From: Eledone cirrhosa
Lineage: Eukaryota
NCBI GenBank assembly: GCA_964016885.1
Contig: OZ024744.1
Span: 79,236,001-79,300,000 of the forward strand
Length of the DNA: 64,000 nucleotides
Direction of reading: 5' to 3'
Below the pieces are notes generated by a model. That model made no database searches and was not told the origin of the DNA. It was given only the letters and a program-made list of their open reading frames with translations. The first letter of the stretch is position 1; every line of letters begins with the position of its first letter. Both the position numbers and the translations under genes were made by a program. Positions 12,254 through 24,686 of the stretch are shown here, in pieces.

Positions 12254-13838
12254 CAGTTTTTTTACTATCCAGTACACTAATGACGATAACTTTTTTTTTT
12301 CAAAATATCAAAAAAAGGCTTCTGTTACCATATAATGACTGGTTTTCTGATTCTAAAAATGTAAAACTTATCTTCATAGCTTGTTTGGATTTTCTCAAAA
12401 GAACTCAGAAAATTACGCTATTTTTCAACCATATTTGGTCATATCTCAGCAAAAATCAGGACTAGATGAAAAAGAAATATATCATTTATCTCAGTTTTAG
12501 AGGTAGATTTTACCATAAAAGTGAAAAAAAGATGCATGATATAATAAATTTTTTTCTTCCAGGGTGTCCCACCTTAGGACAAGTATTGACCAATATCCAT
12601 TCATATGATCAATACTAATTACAAACGAAACAATAAAAGATATAGAATTTTTAACATTGCGACATTTGGAAACATTTCGCTCATCCCTAAATGAACAAAG
12701 CTATGTGGTGCAAAATGTTACACCACAGACTGTGAATACTCATTTTGGATCACGTGGTTTTTTTGCATTTTCTTAGTGTGCCGTTCAAAATTTCGCGGCA
12801 CACTGGTTGAGAATCACTGATCTAGACCAACCTGGAGCCTAAACAATAACAACTATCAACAAAGAAATAGCTAATGATCAAATACATTTTCAGGCATAAT
12901 ATATCTAGGACTATATTTTTTGCTGTTTATTTAGTTTTTATTCATCATCACCATCACCTCATCCTTCTTCTTTGCCCACTTAATCTTTGGAAGCTTATTG
13001 GGGTAGAGTACTCAAGCATGCCTTCCACTGGGTCCTGTCATAAGCAACTGTCTCTAACTGATTTGGCTGGTTCCATAAGTGAGACAAGCCAAGCTCATGG
13101 ATGTTATCTAACCATCTTGCACATGGTCTACCCCCGAATCCCCTGCCTTTGATTTTCCTAATAAAATCTGTCTAATGATTCTTCCTTTATACCTTCAGAT
13201 CATATATTTGTAGTATAAAGAGCTGTGATATCTTTTGTTTCAGAGAAGTAGTGAATCTATCTAGAGAGACTCCCTGGAATCTAAGCTACAGACGTTTCAA
13301 AGGAACCTCATTTTGACCACTTGTATTCGTGATTGTATTCTTTCAGTCATTACCCAAGAATCATGACCATAGCTAAGGGTTGGTACAAATACCGAATTGA
13401 AGATAGCAAATTTGTCTTTTATACCTACCTCCCTTTATCTGATAATTTAGTACCGAAGTTAGCACATTATTACACCAACTCCAGCAATTTTTACATATAT
13501 CTATATATATCTATATCTATATATAAATTTGAGCAGCTTCTGTCCATCCCACGATGTGTGTGTGTTTGTGTGAATGTATGTGTCTGTAAAAGGAAGGAAG
13601 GGGATGGTGAAAAAACTATAGCAAAACAACGGTTGGTGCTCCATTTGCTATGCTGTTTGAGTGTATGTAGGTGTGTCTGTGATTGCGCATTTATATTTAT
13701 ATACTCATACATATACACACATCAGTGTGTTGAAAAATATCCTAGTTTTTATAAAATTCAAAATTTAAGATATTGAAGATTTTTTTTAAAAAATCTTATT
13801 TAAGGTGATAGTGATATATTTTAAAATTACTATTTCAG

Positions 13839-14064
13839 GTTTATGCTTGGGGAGATAATGACCATGGCCAACAAGGCAATGGAACAACTACAGTCAATAG
13901 AAAACCAGCTCTTGTTCATGGACTTGAAGGTTTCAAAATAACTAAAGTTGCATGTGGGTCTTCCCATAGTATTGCATGGGCAACGACAGATCTCGCTGCA
14001 CCAACTACACACGAACCTGTACTATTTTCTGCTTCCCGAGATCCTCTTGGTTCTACACTCTTAG
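13839..14064 (+). CDS. HERC2: HERC2 exon 7, end of RLD2: VYAWGDNDHGQQGNGTTTVNRKP...HEPVLFSASRDPLG
   Basis: tttcag|GTT ... TAG|gtaaat; 226 nt, phase 0 to 1. Confidence 0.96.
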
Positions 14065-15469
14065 GTAAATTATTTTTACTTTTATTTCATTTTTTTAATT
14101 TGTTCTTGCTGTTTTAATTTTTGTTGTATTTTTTTTTTTTTAATGTAATTTTCTTATACTAAGATGACATATCAACTAAAGAGATAAAGTTAAGGTTTAC
14201 TATTATCATTATTGGTGGCTACTCAAGGTTTTTCTCAGTACAACAATAAGCATTTTAAGGCCATTCTCCAGGTTTAATCATTCTCACTATGGGATGCTTT
14301 CTGAGGCAGTGTTTTATTTCTGGACACCCAAAATGGTGCCATCTCCTTTAGTTGCCCTTTAAAACACACAGAGTATTTTACATTATATGTCAGAAGTGTG
14401 ATGCTGTACAAGCTGGATGCCTTTTTCTAAAATAAAAGTTCATAGTTCACAGGTGAACATGATAGTTTGTTAGTTTGTTGGTAAATAGGGGTGGCTAACT
14501 ATTAGACAGGTATTTATATTTTTATGGAAATTATAAGGTTCATTTTTACTGCATCTGCTTTAATATAATGCATTGGTTTGTTAACCCTTTTCTCCCCATA
14601 TTTTCTAATATAAATCATTGCTGATGATTTTTCAATTACTTTTTAAAATAATAACAATTTGGAGGGATTTAGTAAAATATGAGAATGAAATTTATTAAGT
14701 TGGTATTTGCATCATAACTTATGAAAAGGTTCTTATAAAAAAAATGTAATGGAATGTTTAAATCTAATCATGAACTATTTAAAAACCATTTTAAATGATT
14801 TTTAATCACAGAATCAGGAGCAGTTTTAGCTAAATTTGTATTAACCCTTTTTAGCATTTACATTCTTCTATATATACTATTGTATTTTCACAGTAAAGGC
14901 TTTATCTTACATAATATATTACATAATATCAAATCTATGAGATTTTGATATTATTTATTATGAGAATAATCATCATCATCATCATACGTCCGCTTTTCCT
15001 TGCTTGTAAGGGTGGGACGGGAACTGATTCTGGCTTGATTTCTACAGCTGGATGCCCTTCCTAACACCAGCCTCATTTACAGTGAGTGCTGTGGCACCTC
15101 CACGACCACTTTACAGTGGAATGATAGGGACCCCAGTCCTTATCATCTCATTTCTACAGCTGAGTAAACTGGAGCAATGTGAAATAAAGTGTCTTGCTCA
15201 AGGAAACAACACATCACCCGGTCTGAGAATTGAACTCACAACGTTTTGATTGCAAAGCCAATGCTCTAACCACTAAGCCATGTGCCTTCACACATGATTA
15301 CATTATCATATAATTATGAGCAGCCAGTTACAGCTGGTTTGAACTGAAAGAAGTGAGAGAGTTCTGGTCGGATATAACCAGTTTAAATGCTAAAGGGTTA
15401 AATGGTTTAAAGGTTACAATAGCAGTGGATCTCCAATGAAGGCCTGTTTCCATATGTAAAAAGAGCCTA

Positions 15470-15780
15470 GTAATGCAAGTAATCTCTAGGGGCTGTAACA
15501 AGAGCCAGGTTATGTGTTTGATGTCTTAGTGACTGTAACTAGGGCTTGGTTATGTAAGTAATCTTTTGGGGACTGTAAAAAGGGCCAAGTTATGTGAGTT
15601 ATTTCTTGGAGACTGAACAAGTGTCAGGTTATACTCTTGAGTACTGTAACAAAAGCCAAGTTATGAGATTCTTGGGGACTATAACAAGGGTTAAATTATG
15701 TGATCTCTTGAGGTATGTAACAAAGGTCAGGTCATGTGATCTCTGTAACAAGGGCCAGGTTATGGGAGGTGTAATAACGT
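15470..15780. repeat. Degenerate ~30-40-bp tandem repeat (CTCTTGGGGACTGTAACAAGGGCCAGGTTATGTGA), ~9 units
   Basis: Recurring TGTAAC...GGTTATG motif. Confidence 0.75.
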
Positions 15781-15978
15781 GGGCTACTTACTCTGAATGA
15801 AATGTTTAGTAGAAACAACCAATGAATCATTGTTTCTTCCCTCTTCACCACATTGGCAGTGTATTATTGGTAATAAAAAGTTTAAAAAAACAAAGGAAAT
15901 TTCCTTTTCTATTAAATCGATTATTTAATTCATTTTTAATTTTTTTTCTTTTACTTCATTAATGTCATTTACAACTAG

Positions 15979-16147
15979 GTTTAAACGAAGGCGTCAATGA
16001 TGAAATAACTTCATCAGTTATACCTGCAACTACTACCAAACCGAAACGACCGTCTTTGTCAAAAATTATTCTTTCTTTGGTAACTGATGCCAGTAAACAG
16101 CAATCTCTGAATCATATACTCACTGCTTTGCAGATAAAATATGCCAG
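15979..16147 (+). CDS. HERC2: HERC2 exon 8: ...KPKRPSLSKIILSL...HILTALQIKYAR
   Basis: aactag|GT ... CAG|gtaaag; 169 nt, phase 1 to 2. Confidence 0.93.
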
Positions 16148-16917
16148 GTAAAGTATGAATCTAATTCACAACAAATTTTCACTTAAACTTTGAGTAAATA
16201 CTACAAGCTTTTTGGGGAAATCCTTCTTGTAAAAGCAAGGAGGAGGACCCTGTGGGACACCATGACTAGCTTCATACTCATCTTGAGCTCCTTTTATGGA
16301 GGGGTAGGGGTGGGGTGCAACCATTTTAGTAATTCCTTACAACATGCAGGGATGTGGTATACCTATTTTAAACTGGATATAAACAGCACAACTTAAACAT
16401 TACATATTTAACTTAAAGATAATGTATAATTGATAATTTTACCCATTACCATTTACATTACTCTATATGTACTACTATATTTTTACATTAAACACTTTAC
16501 CTCACATATTTATCTCACATAATATCTCACCTATCATTTACATTACTCTATATGTACTACTATATTTTCACAGTAAACACTTTACCTCACATAATTATCT
16601 CACATAATATCTCACCTATCATTTACATTACTCTATATGTACTACTATATTTTCACATTAAACACTTTACCTCACATAATTATCTCACATAATATCGAAT
16701 CTATGAGATTTTGATATTATTTATTTTGAGAGCAATACCTTAACATCAGTATGAGTTGCCAATTACAGCTGGTTTGAACAGAAAGAGGTAAGAGAATACG
16801 GCCAGTTTAAATGCTAAAGGGTTAAACATAGTTTCCAGTTTGGGAATCGCAGATTATTCAGTCATATTTAAAATGTCTTTCTTTTTTTAACTGTTTTATT
16901 TGTTGTTTTTGTTATAG

Positions 16918-17137
16918 AGATGCAATAGTTGGATCATTGATGAAAGAAGTTCAGGCTGTGAATCTCAGCAGTTGTCTGGAAAACCAACGTTCAGCTCAGT
17001 TCCACCAGTCTTCTCCAGTAATGTTAGCATCTATTGGCACTGCAGAAGAACTAGCACCAGCTGCTCACACTACTCCCACAATGGCAGCTTTAGCAGAACG
17101 AGAATCAACTACAATGGCAGATTCCTCACACTCAGAT
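16918..17137 (+). CDS. HERC2: HERC2 exon 9: DAIVGSLMKEV... poorly conserved S/T/A-rich linker
   Basis: ttatag|A ... GAT|gtaaaa; 220 nt, phase 2 to 0; donor inferred from frame compatibility with exon 10. Confidence 0.82.
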
Positions 17138-17329
17138 GTAAAATTGCATTTTTTGTTTGTTCTTTTATCTTTATGTATTTATTTTTAATTCTTTTATTTA
17201 TGAGTGAAAACAGTGGGAAAATATGTTTATGAGTCCTGTAAGATCAAGAAAAGCAAGTTATTTTTTGTTTTTGTCAAATTTTATCCCAGTTTGTGTATAT
17301 GTGTGATCTCTGAATGAGTATCCTCTACC

Positions 17330-17575
17330 TCCAACAATCTTACCCTCTGCCTCTTGGTTGTGGGATACATTGCCCCAGAGGATGATGAGGGAGACATGCT
17401 GGAACAGCCACTCCACCTCACTGGGCTCCCATCTGCGGGTTACCAGCTTTGCTCCTATAGCAGTGAGCCAGTCCAAGGTCCAAGAATTCTGGAAGTTTCC
17501 ACTGCTACAGGCTCTACTACAAACCTGTCAAAGAGTAGCAGATACTTGGACAGTTTGTGCTTTTTGGTTTGGTAG
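17330..17575 (-). mobile_element. Older CRE-type LINE 3' fragment (further tandem pieces at ~35500-35770, minus)
   Basis: Minus strand reads KLSKY...RFVVEPVAVETS.ILGP and LTAIGAKLV...EVEWLFQHVSLIILWGN, homologous to the 39-kb copy. Confidence 0.72.
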
Positions 17576-18008
17576 GCTACGGGCCATGCTGGGGCACGGG
17601 CCATGCTGGGGCACACCTTGGCCTTTTCTTTTCTTTTTCCAATTTTATTAAGTGTTTTCTTTTTATATTTAGAACATTTAATCCTTTTTTCATTACCATA
17701 TTTCCCATGAAATATTGTAAAACAGAAGTTGAATGATGATGGTGATTACTTGGAGTTTGTGTGTTGTGATTAGTAACTTCTCAATCAATGGATTATCAAT
17801 TCATAAACCACTGCCATATTGATTATATAGATTGAAATTGTGAGAGAGATAGAGAGTAGGTGAATGTGTAAAATTATTTTGTTTCAAATAACAGTAGCAA
17901 AACACACATACACTCACACACATGCATGCACACACACACTCACAATTACTCAGAAATTAAATGCTTGGCCTTTCAGGTTTTTTTTTTTTTTTTTTTTTTA
18001 CTGAAAGT

Positions 18009-18605
18009 CAGAGGTTCTCAAAGAGGGCACTACTGCCCCTTGGAGGCATTTAGAAGGTCCAGGGAGCGGTAGAGAAAAAGGGTGTGCTGGGAGGAATGGA
18101 GAGGCTGTAAGTGTCATTCTGCCCATGCAAGTGAATATTATTATAGTATTGTGTACATATGATATAATAGTATATTAACCCTTTAGCATTTAAACTGGTT
18201 GTATCCGGCCAGAATTCTCTCACCTCTTTCTGTTCAAACTGGCCGTAACTGGCCGCTCATACTGACATTAAGGTATTATTCTCAAAATATATAACATCAA
18301 AATCTTGTAGATGCGATATTATGGAAGATATTTATGTAAGATAAAGCCTTTCCCACAAAAATACAATAATATGTATAGAGTAATGTAAATGTTAAAGGGT
18401 TAAATATTAAATGATACGTATTATATATAGATATAGTAAAATAAAAAATGTATATTTATTTATACACACTATATATTATATTATTTATCATATATTATTT
18501 ACGATTTGTGTGTAGGCAGGTAGGTCTCTGAAAATAGGTTGGGGTCGGGGGGGAGTATTACATGGCCATGAGGGGGTAGTGGCCCCAAAAGTTTGAGAAC
18601 CTCTG
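18009..18605 (+). mobile_element. hAT-type MITE (TIR CAGAGGTTCTCAAA), also 51310-51894, 62999-63325 (-) and partial ~9010-9250
   Basis: TIRs CAGAGGTTCTCAAA / TTTGAGAACCTCTG; degenerate 8-bp TSD ctgaaagt/ctctaagt. Confidence 0.85.
18179..18399 (-). mobile_element. piggyBac-like MITE family A, TTAA TSD (also ~141-340, 5197-5424, 14841-15401, 16438-16825, 25260-25446, 25886-26125)
   Basis: TTAA|CCCTTTAGCATTTA ... TAAATGTTAAAGGG|TTAA; multiple similar ~220-bp copies. Confidence 0.85.
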
Positions 18606-18650
18606 CTCTAAGTAATGTCTTAACTGATTCCTCAACTTATGTTTTACCTC

Positions 18651-19018
18651 TTAACATCCTGCAACAGTTTAGCAGGAGATGTTTTAAAACAGCTTTGTTA
18701 ATTTAAATGTTTATTTATCTTTACTAGTGGACAGATTGTTGTGAAAATTTGAAGTATTAGTGTAAAGACTTTGATATTCAATGTGAAACATTTCTAGTGG
18801 TGTTTTGTATTTTTCAAGAATCTCTTGCTAATGTGGTTTCATGTGGTTTGTTAAATCAGATGTTTATAGTATCTTTACTACTAGACAAAATTTCGTGAAA
18901 GTTCACGCTAGAATAAAGTAAATACTTTAATATTCAATGTGATGATTCAGTCATAGTGCTGTTTTGTACTTTTCAAGAATGTCTTACTAATGCGGTTTCA
19001 TGTGGTACAGGATGTTAA
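18651..19018. mobile_element. TTAA-flanked MITE family C (related pieces ~34250-34610, 44340-44440, 56660-56800)
   Basis: TTAACATCCTG ... CAGGATGTTAA termini; shared interior TGTCCACTAGTAAAGATACTATAAAC. Confidence 0.6.
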
Positions 19019-20072
19019 AAGTTAAAAGATTTTGCAGTATTTTACATTTTTTTCCCCTTTTCTCTATTCTTGTTACTCTAAGTATATTTAAAAGTGTTCA
19101 CAATATATTTCATCTACCTTTACTCTCTGTATGTTTAAAAGTCATCGAAATGTAAGAGAATGTTTTAATTTGCTTGAAGTATTGTGTAAGTGTAGAAAAT
19201 AGTGTTTTATTAGAAGATTATCATTATGTGAATTAGGAACTAAATTTTTTTAAAATATGGTAATAACAACTACAAGGTGATATTCTTACATCTTTGTTAT
19301 CAACATATTTTTAACAATTAATCTCCAATTCACATTGAAGTAGCTTTCTGATGAAACACTCTTTCCTTCAAAATATATTTCCTTTATATAATGTGGAAAG
19401 TGATATAAGACTAAACAATGGTAAATGGACGATAAGATGAGGGTAACGAAAAAATAAATTACCTGGTAATCTTTGTTTTGTTTTATTGTTGCTTCTTTCG
19501 TCATAATTCTTAAAATTCCCTTCTTATATTCTGAAGAAGGGAATTTAAAGTCCTGAAATATTAGGACAAAATAAAACCTCAGCAACAACAAAAGACAAAA
19601 CAAACAAAGATTACCAGGTAACTAACTTTTTTATTATCTTCATCTTACAGTCCATTTTGCATTGTATATAACTTTCCTGTGTGGGCAGCCTCTTTCAAGC
19701 CATGCCAACACAAGAGTAAGAATGAGGAGCTCATTCTACTAACATGGCTTGAAGGAGGCTATTTCCATGATTGCGAATGAGTCAAGTATTGTTGTTGGTG
19801 TTCGAAGGACTCAGATTACATTTATTGTATTCAGCCATGTAGAGTGATAACTTTTTGATAGATACATACATATCACATATGTATATAAACATATACATAT
19901 AAATATTATATACAATGCTTCAAGCAAACTACAACATTTTATCATATTTTTAATAATTAAGTAGTTTTCTTATGACACACTCTTTCCTTTGAAATATATT
20001 TCCTTTATCTTCTCTCTTGTTACTTTGAAGCATGTTTAAAAGTCTTTGTAATGGATTTGTCTATCTTTACAG

Positions 20073-20372
20073 ACATATTGTCCTGGAGAAATATCTTCTT
20101 TTCCAAGTATGCACAGTTTGGCTGCGAAAGTTTCCCCAGCAACCAGCATAATTGCTGAGACTTTTACCTCTCCCGATCAAGTAACTAGTACTTTGGAAAC
20201 CATAAAACCAGCTTATCCAGAAGGCCTTGATGAATTTACCAGCAAACTGACTGCTGACGATGCAAGAGTTCTTGTTGATCTTCTTAAACTTGCTGTTGCA
20301 AACCGAGCTGGGGAAAAGGGAAAGGACACATTAGCAAACATACTGAAAGCAGTTGACAAAGCCTATCCTCAG
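20073..20372 (+). CDS. HERC2: HERC2 exon 10: TYCPGE...LTADDARVLVDLLKLAVANRAG...AYPQ
   Basis: ttacag|ACA ... CAG|gtattg; 300 nt, phase 0 to 0. Confidence 0.9.
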
Positions 20373-20485
20373 GTATTGAATCCTACTTTCTGTTTATTTG
20401 TTTGTTTGTTTATTTGTTTGACATATTTTTAGGTCAGCCAACATAAAAAGAAAATTACTTAGTCTTTATAACATTTATTATGTAA

Positions 20486-22852
20486 TGCCCAGTCCACCTG
20501 ACTGTAAACTGGTACCACTACTGTCAACAACTCAGTACACCTGGTTGTAACAGGTACCACCAGTCAACAGCCCAGTCCACCTGACTGTAAACTGGTACCA
20601 CCACTGTCAACAACTCAGTACACCTGGTTGTAACAGGTACCACCACTGTCAACAGCCCAGTACACTTGGCTGTAAACAGGTACCACCACTGTCAACAGCC
20701 CAGTCCACTTGGCTGTAAAGAGGTACCACCATTGTTAACAGCTCAGTCCACCTGGCTGTAAACAGGAACCACCAGTCAACAGCTCAGTCTACCTAGCTGT
20801 AAACAGGTACCACCACTGTTAACAGCTCAGTCTACCTAGCTGTAAACAGGTACCACCACTGTTAACAGCTCAGTCTACCTAGCTGTAAACAGGTACCACC
20901 ACTGTTAACAGCTCAGTCTACCTGGCTGTAAACAGGTACCACCACTGTTAACAGCTCAGTCTACCTAGCTGTAAACAGGTACCACCACTGTTAACAGCTC
21001 AGTCTACCTAGCTGTAAAGAGGTACCACCACTGTTAACAGCTCAGTCTACCTAGCTGTAAACAGGTACCACCACTGTTAACAGCTCAGTCTACCTAGCTG
21101 TAAACAGGTACCACCTCTGTTAACAGCTCAGTCTACCTGGCTGTAAACAGGTACCACCACTGTTAACAGCTCAGTCTACCTAGCTGTAAAGAGGTACCAC
21201 CATTGTTAACAGCTCAGTCTACCTAGCTGTAAAGAGGTACCACCATTGTTAACAGCTCAGTCTACCTGGCTGTAAACAGGTACCACCACTGTTAACAGCT
21301 CAGTCTACCTGGCTGTAAAGAGGTACCACCATTGTTAACAGCTCAGTCTACCTAGCTGTAAAGAGGTACCACCACTGTTAACAGCTCAGTCCACCTGGCT
21401 GTAAACAGGAACCACCAGTCAACAGCTCAGTCTACCTAGCTGTAAACAGGTACCACCACTGTTAACAGCTCAGTCTACCTAGTTGTAAAGAGGTACCACC
21501 ATTGTTAACAGCTCAGTCTACCTGGCTGTAAACAGGTACCACCATTGTTAACAGCTCAGTCTACCTAGCTGTAAACAGGTACCACCACTGTTAACAGCTC
21601 AGTCTACCTAGCTGTAAACAGGTACCACCATTGTTAACAGCTCAGTCTACCTAGCTGTAAACAGGTACCACCACTGTTAACAGCTCAGTCTACCTAGCTG
21701 TAAACAGGTACCACCACTGTTAACAGCTCAGTCTACCTAGCTGTAAACAGGTACCACCACTGTTAACAGCTCAGTCTACCTGGCTGTAAACAGGTACCAC
21801 CACTGTTAACAGCTCAGTCTACCTAGCTGTAAACAGGTACCACCACTGTTAACAGCTCAGTCTACCTAGCTGTAAAGAGGTACCACCACTGTTAACAGCT
21901 CAGTCTACCTAGCTGTAAACAGGTACCACCACTGTTAACAGCTCAGTCTACCTAGCTGTAAACAGGTACCACCTCTGTTAACAGCTCAGTCTACCTGGCT
22001 GTAAACAGGTACCACCACTGTTAACAGCTCAGTCTACCTAGCTGTAAACAGGTACCACCACTGTTAACAGCTCAGTCTACCTAGCTGTAAACAGGTACCA
22101 CCACTGTTAACAGCTCAGTCTACCTAGCTGTAAAGAGGTACCACCATTGTTAACAGCTCAGTCTACCTAGCTGTAAAGAGGTACCACCATTGTTAACAGC
22201 TCAGTCTACCTAGCTGTAAACAGGTACCACCACTGTTAACAGCTCAGTCTACCTAGCTGTAAACAGGTACCACCATTGTTAACAGCTCAGTCTACCTAGC
22301 TGTAAACAGGTACCACCATTGTTAACAGCTCAGTCTACCTAGCTGTAAACAGGTACCACCACTGTTAACAGCTCAGTCTACCTAGCTGTAAACAGGTACC
22401 ACCACTGTTAACAGCTCAGTCTACCTAGCTGTAAACAGGTACCACCACTGTTAACAGCTCAGTCTACCTAGCTGTAAAGAGGTACCACCATTGTTAACAG
22501 CTCAGTCTACCTAGCTGTAAAGAGGTACCACCATTGTTAACAGCTCAGTCTACCTAGCTGTAAAGAGGTACCACCATTGTTAACAGCTCAGTCTACCTAG
22601 CTGTAAAGAGGTACCACCACTGTTAACAGCTCAGTCTACCTAGCTGTAAAGAGGTACCACCATTGTTAACAGCTCAGTCTACCTAGCTGTAAAGAGGTAC
22701 CACCATTGTTAACAGCTCAGTCTACCTAGCTGTAAAGAGGTACCACCACTGTTAACAGCTCAGTCTACCTGGCTGTAAAGAGGTACCACCATTGTTAACA
22801 GCTCAGTCTACCTAGCTGTAAAGAGGTACCACCACTGTTAACAGCTCAGTCC
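20486..22852. repeat. 43-bp minisatellite, ~55 copies (GTTAACAGCTCAGTCTACCTAGCTGTAAACAGGTACCACCACT)
   Basis: Tandem units with a few recurring variants; the first ~7 units are more diverged. Confidence 0.97.
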
Positions 22853-23309
22853 AAACAATTATTATTAGTATCGGTAGAGTGTTGGACAACATGGTTTTCG
22901 AAATATAGTTACATTCTGAGTTGAAATCGCGCCTATGTTAGCTTTACCTTTCATCCTTATGGGTTAATAGTATAGCACGGGAGTTGATTTAATCGACTTT
23001 CCCCTCTCCCCTTCATATTACTGGTATTGTACCACATGTTGAAACAATTATTATTATTGGCAGTATCGGACATGTTCTGCAATATATAGTTACAGCCTCT
23101 TTATGTTCTGGTTCAAATCCCACCATGGTTAGCTTTGCCTTTCATCCTTATGGGGGTCGATAAAATGAAGTACCAGTCATGCATTGGGGTCAATTTAATC
23201 ACCCACACCCCCACACCCTTTCAAATTGCTGGCTTTGTACCAAAATGTAGAAACAATAATTATTATTTTCTTTTTAAGCTAAATATGGCTCCTCAGATTG
23301 AAATGATTC

Positions 23310-23730
23310 CCTTCTTCTTCTTCCACCCACTTATTCCTGAGAGAGTTGTGAGGGCAGAATCCTCAAACACTCCTTCCAGCGGGTCCTGTCAGAAGCAACC
23401 GTCCCCAACTGATACGGCTGGATCCCCAAGTGAGACCAGCCAAGCTCACGGATGTTATCCAACCATCTTGCTCAGGGTCTACCCCTGGGTCTCTTGCCAG
23501 TTGGTTTTGCCTGTAAAATCTGTCCAGCAATTCTTTCCTAAGACATTCTAACCACATGCCCATAGTATCGGAGCTGTGATCTCTCAATTGGGAGAAGTAG
23601 TGACTCTACTTAGAGTGACTCTCTGATCTCCAAGTTATGCATTCTAATGAGTAACACTACTCCAAATGCCCTTCGGAGGAACCTCATTTTGGCTGCTTGT
23701 ATTTGCGATCATATTCTTTTGATCATTACA
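23310..23730 (-). mobile_element. Second RTE-type LINE family, 3' fragments (also ~6185-6578, 12965-13430, 24715-25020, 28133-28390)
   Basis: Mutually similar copies reading IERSQLRYYGHVVRM...KPTGKRPRGRPRARWLDNI, with a (GAA)n tail. Confidence 0.82.
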
Positions 23731-23836
23731 CAGTACTTGTAATTTCTTTGGAAATATATAAGAAAAGTTTGCTTCTTATATTCCTTCCTATATTGTATGT
23801 TCCCTGTGTATTTTATATATTTTATATATTTTGTAG

Positions 23837-23990
23837 GTTGCAGAAATGCTGTTGGAATTGTGTGTGACAGAACTGGAAGATGTTGCTGCCGATACAGAAG
23901 CAGGGCGTACTTTACCACAACCCGTTGTTCAAGAGAGTCCTCATCATTATTCAGATGACTTATCAATATCAGGACATGTGAAAATACTTG
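23837..23990 (+). CDS. HERC2: HERC2 exon 11: VAEMLLELCVTELEDVA...SGHVKIL
   Basis: ttgtag|GTT ... TTG|gtcagt; 154 nt, phase 0 to 1. Confidence 0.95.
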
Positions 23991-24110
23991 GTCAGTCTGT
24001 ATGTATGTGAATGTGTGAGAGTCTATCACAGGCTCATTGTTATGCTATTGTGCTCGGTGGGAGAGTGGAAGGAAGTGTGGGGGGGGGGTATTCTTTAGAC
24101 AACACTCTAA

Positions 24111-24538
24111 TCTATATTATAATAAAAGTGATGTCTGTCTGTCTGTCTGTTCGTCATGCTCACTTTATAGAGAGAGAGGGGGGAGCACTAAGTGAGAGGT
24201 GTGTACATAGAGAGAGAAAAGGGAACGCCGTGTGTTTTCGAGGTGACAGAAAGTTACGACGTCGCCCTCATCTATATATAGAGAAAGGGGGAGCACCAAG
24301 CAAAAGTGATGTACATAAGTAGAAAGAGAAAAAGGAACGTCATTTGTTTAGAGATAGAGTAAGAGAGAGAGGGGGGTTGGCAGAGATTGTGTGTGTGTGT
24401 GACAGAAAGAGGGAAATGATGTCGCCCTCATCTAGTTCACAATAATTTTAAGTCTGAGTTTTGGATTTCTAAATAGGAAGGTATACCATTGTATCATCCA
24501 GTACCCCAAACCCCACTGGCGATGGGTTTGGTCTATCG
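24111..24538 (+). mobile_element. Non-autonomous Helitron-like element (related: 13516-13745 +, 4076-4528 -, ~34900-35205 -, ~32393-32497 -)
   Basis: A|TCTATATTATAATAAAA..(TGTC)n start; 3' hairpin CCAAACCC...GGGTTTGG; the related copies start TCTATATATAAATTTG and end CTAGT. Confidence 0.6.
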
Positions 24539-24651
24539 TCAAAATATTATTGTCATAGTTGTTGTTGTTTGGCTCTGTCAACACATTATCACTATCCAAT
24601 TGATATATATTATGATTAAAGCTGTTTCAGCTATTGCCATCAATCTTTTAT

Positions 24652-24686
<35 letters not shown>

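Larger units (their letters stand above)
10326..12819 (-). mobile_element. hAT (Charlie/Buster/ZBED5-like) DNA transposon, internally deleted
   Basis: TIRs CAGTGGTTCTCAACC / GGTTGAGAATCACTG; perfect 8-bp TSD ATCTAGAC at 10318-10325 and 12820-12827; contains a broken transposase. Confidence 0.92.

Noticed and set aside
17354-17575. Possible extra HERC2 cassette exon (APEDDEGD...; AG at 17377, GTGAGC at 17463)
   Set aside because: The minus strand is clearly a CRE-type endonuclease fragment, and exons 9 and 10 already join in frame.
20486-22852. CRISPR array or repetitive coding region (43-bp repeats)
   Set aside because: No spacers; the unit length is not a multiple of 3 and no ORF spans it.
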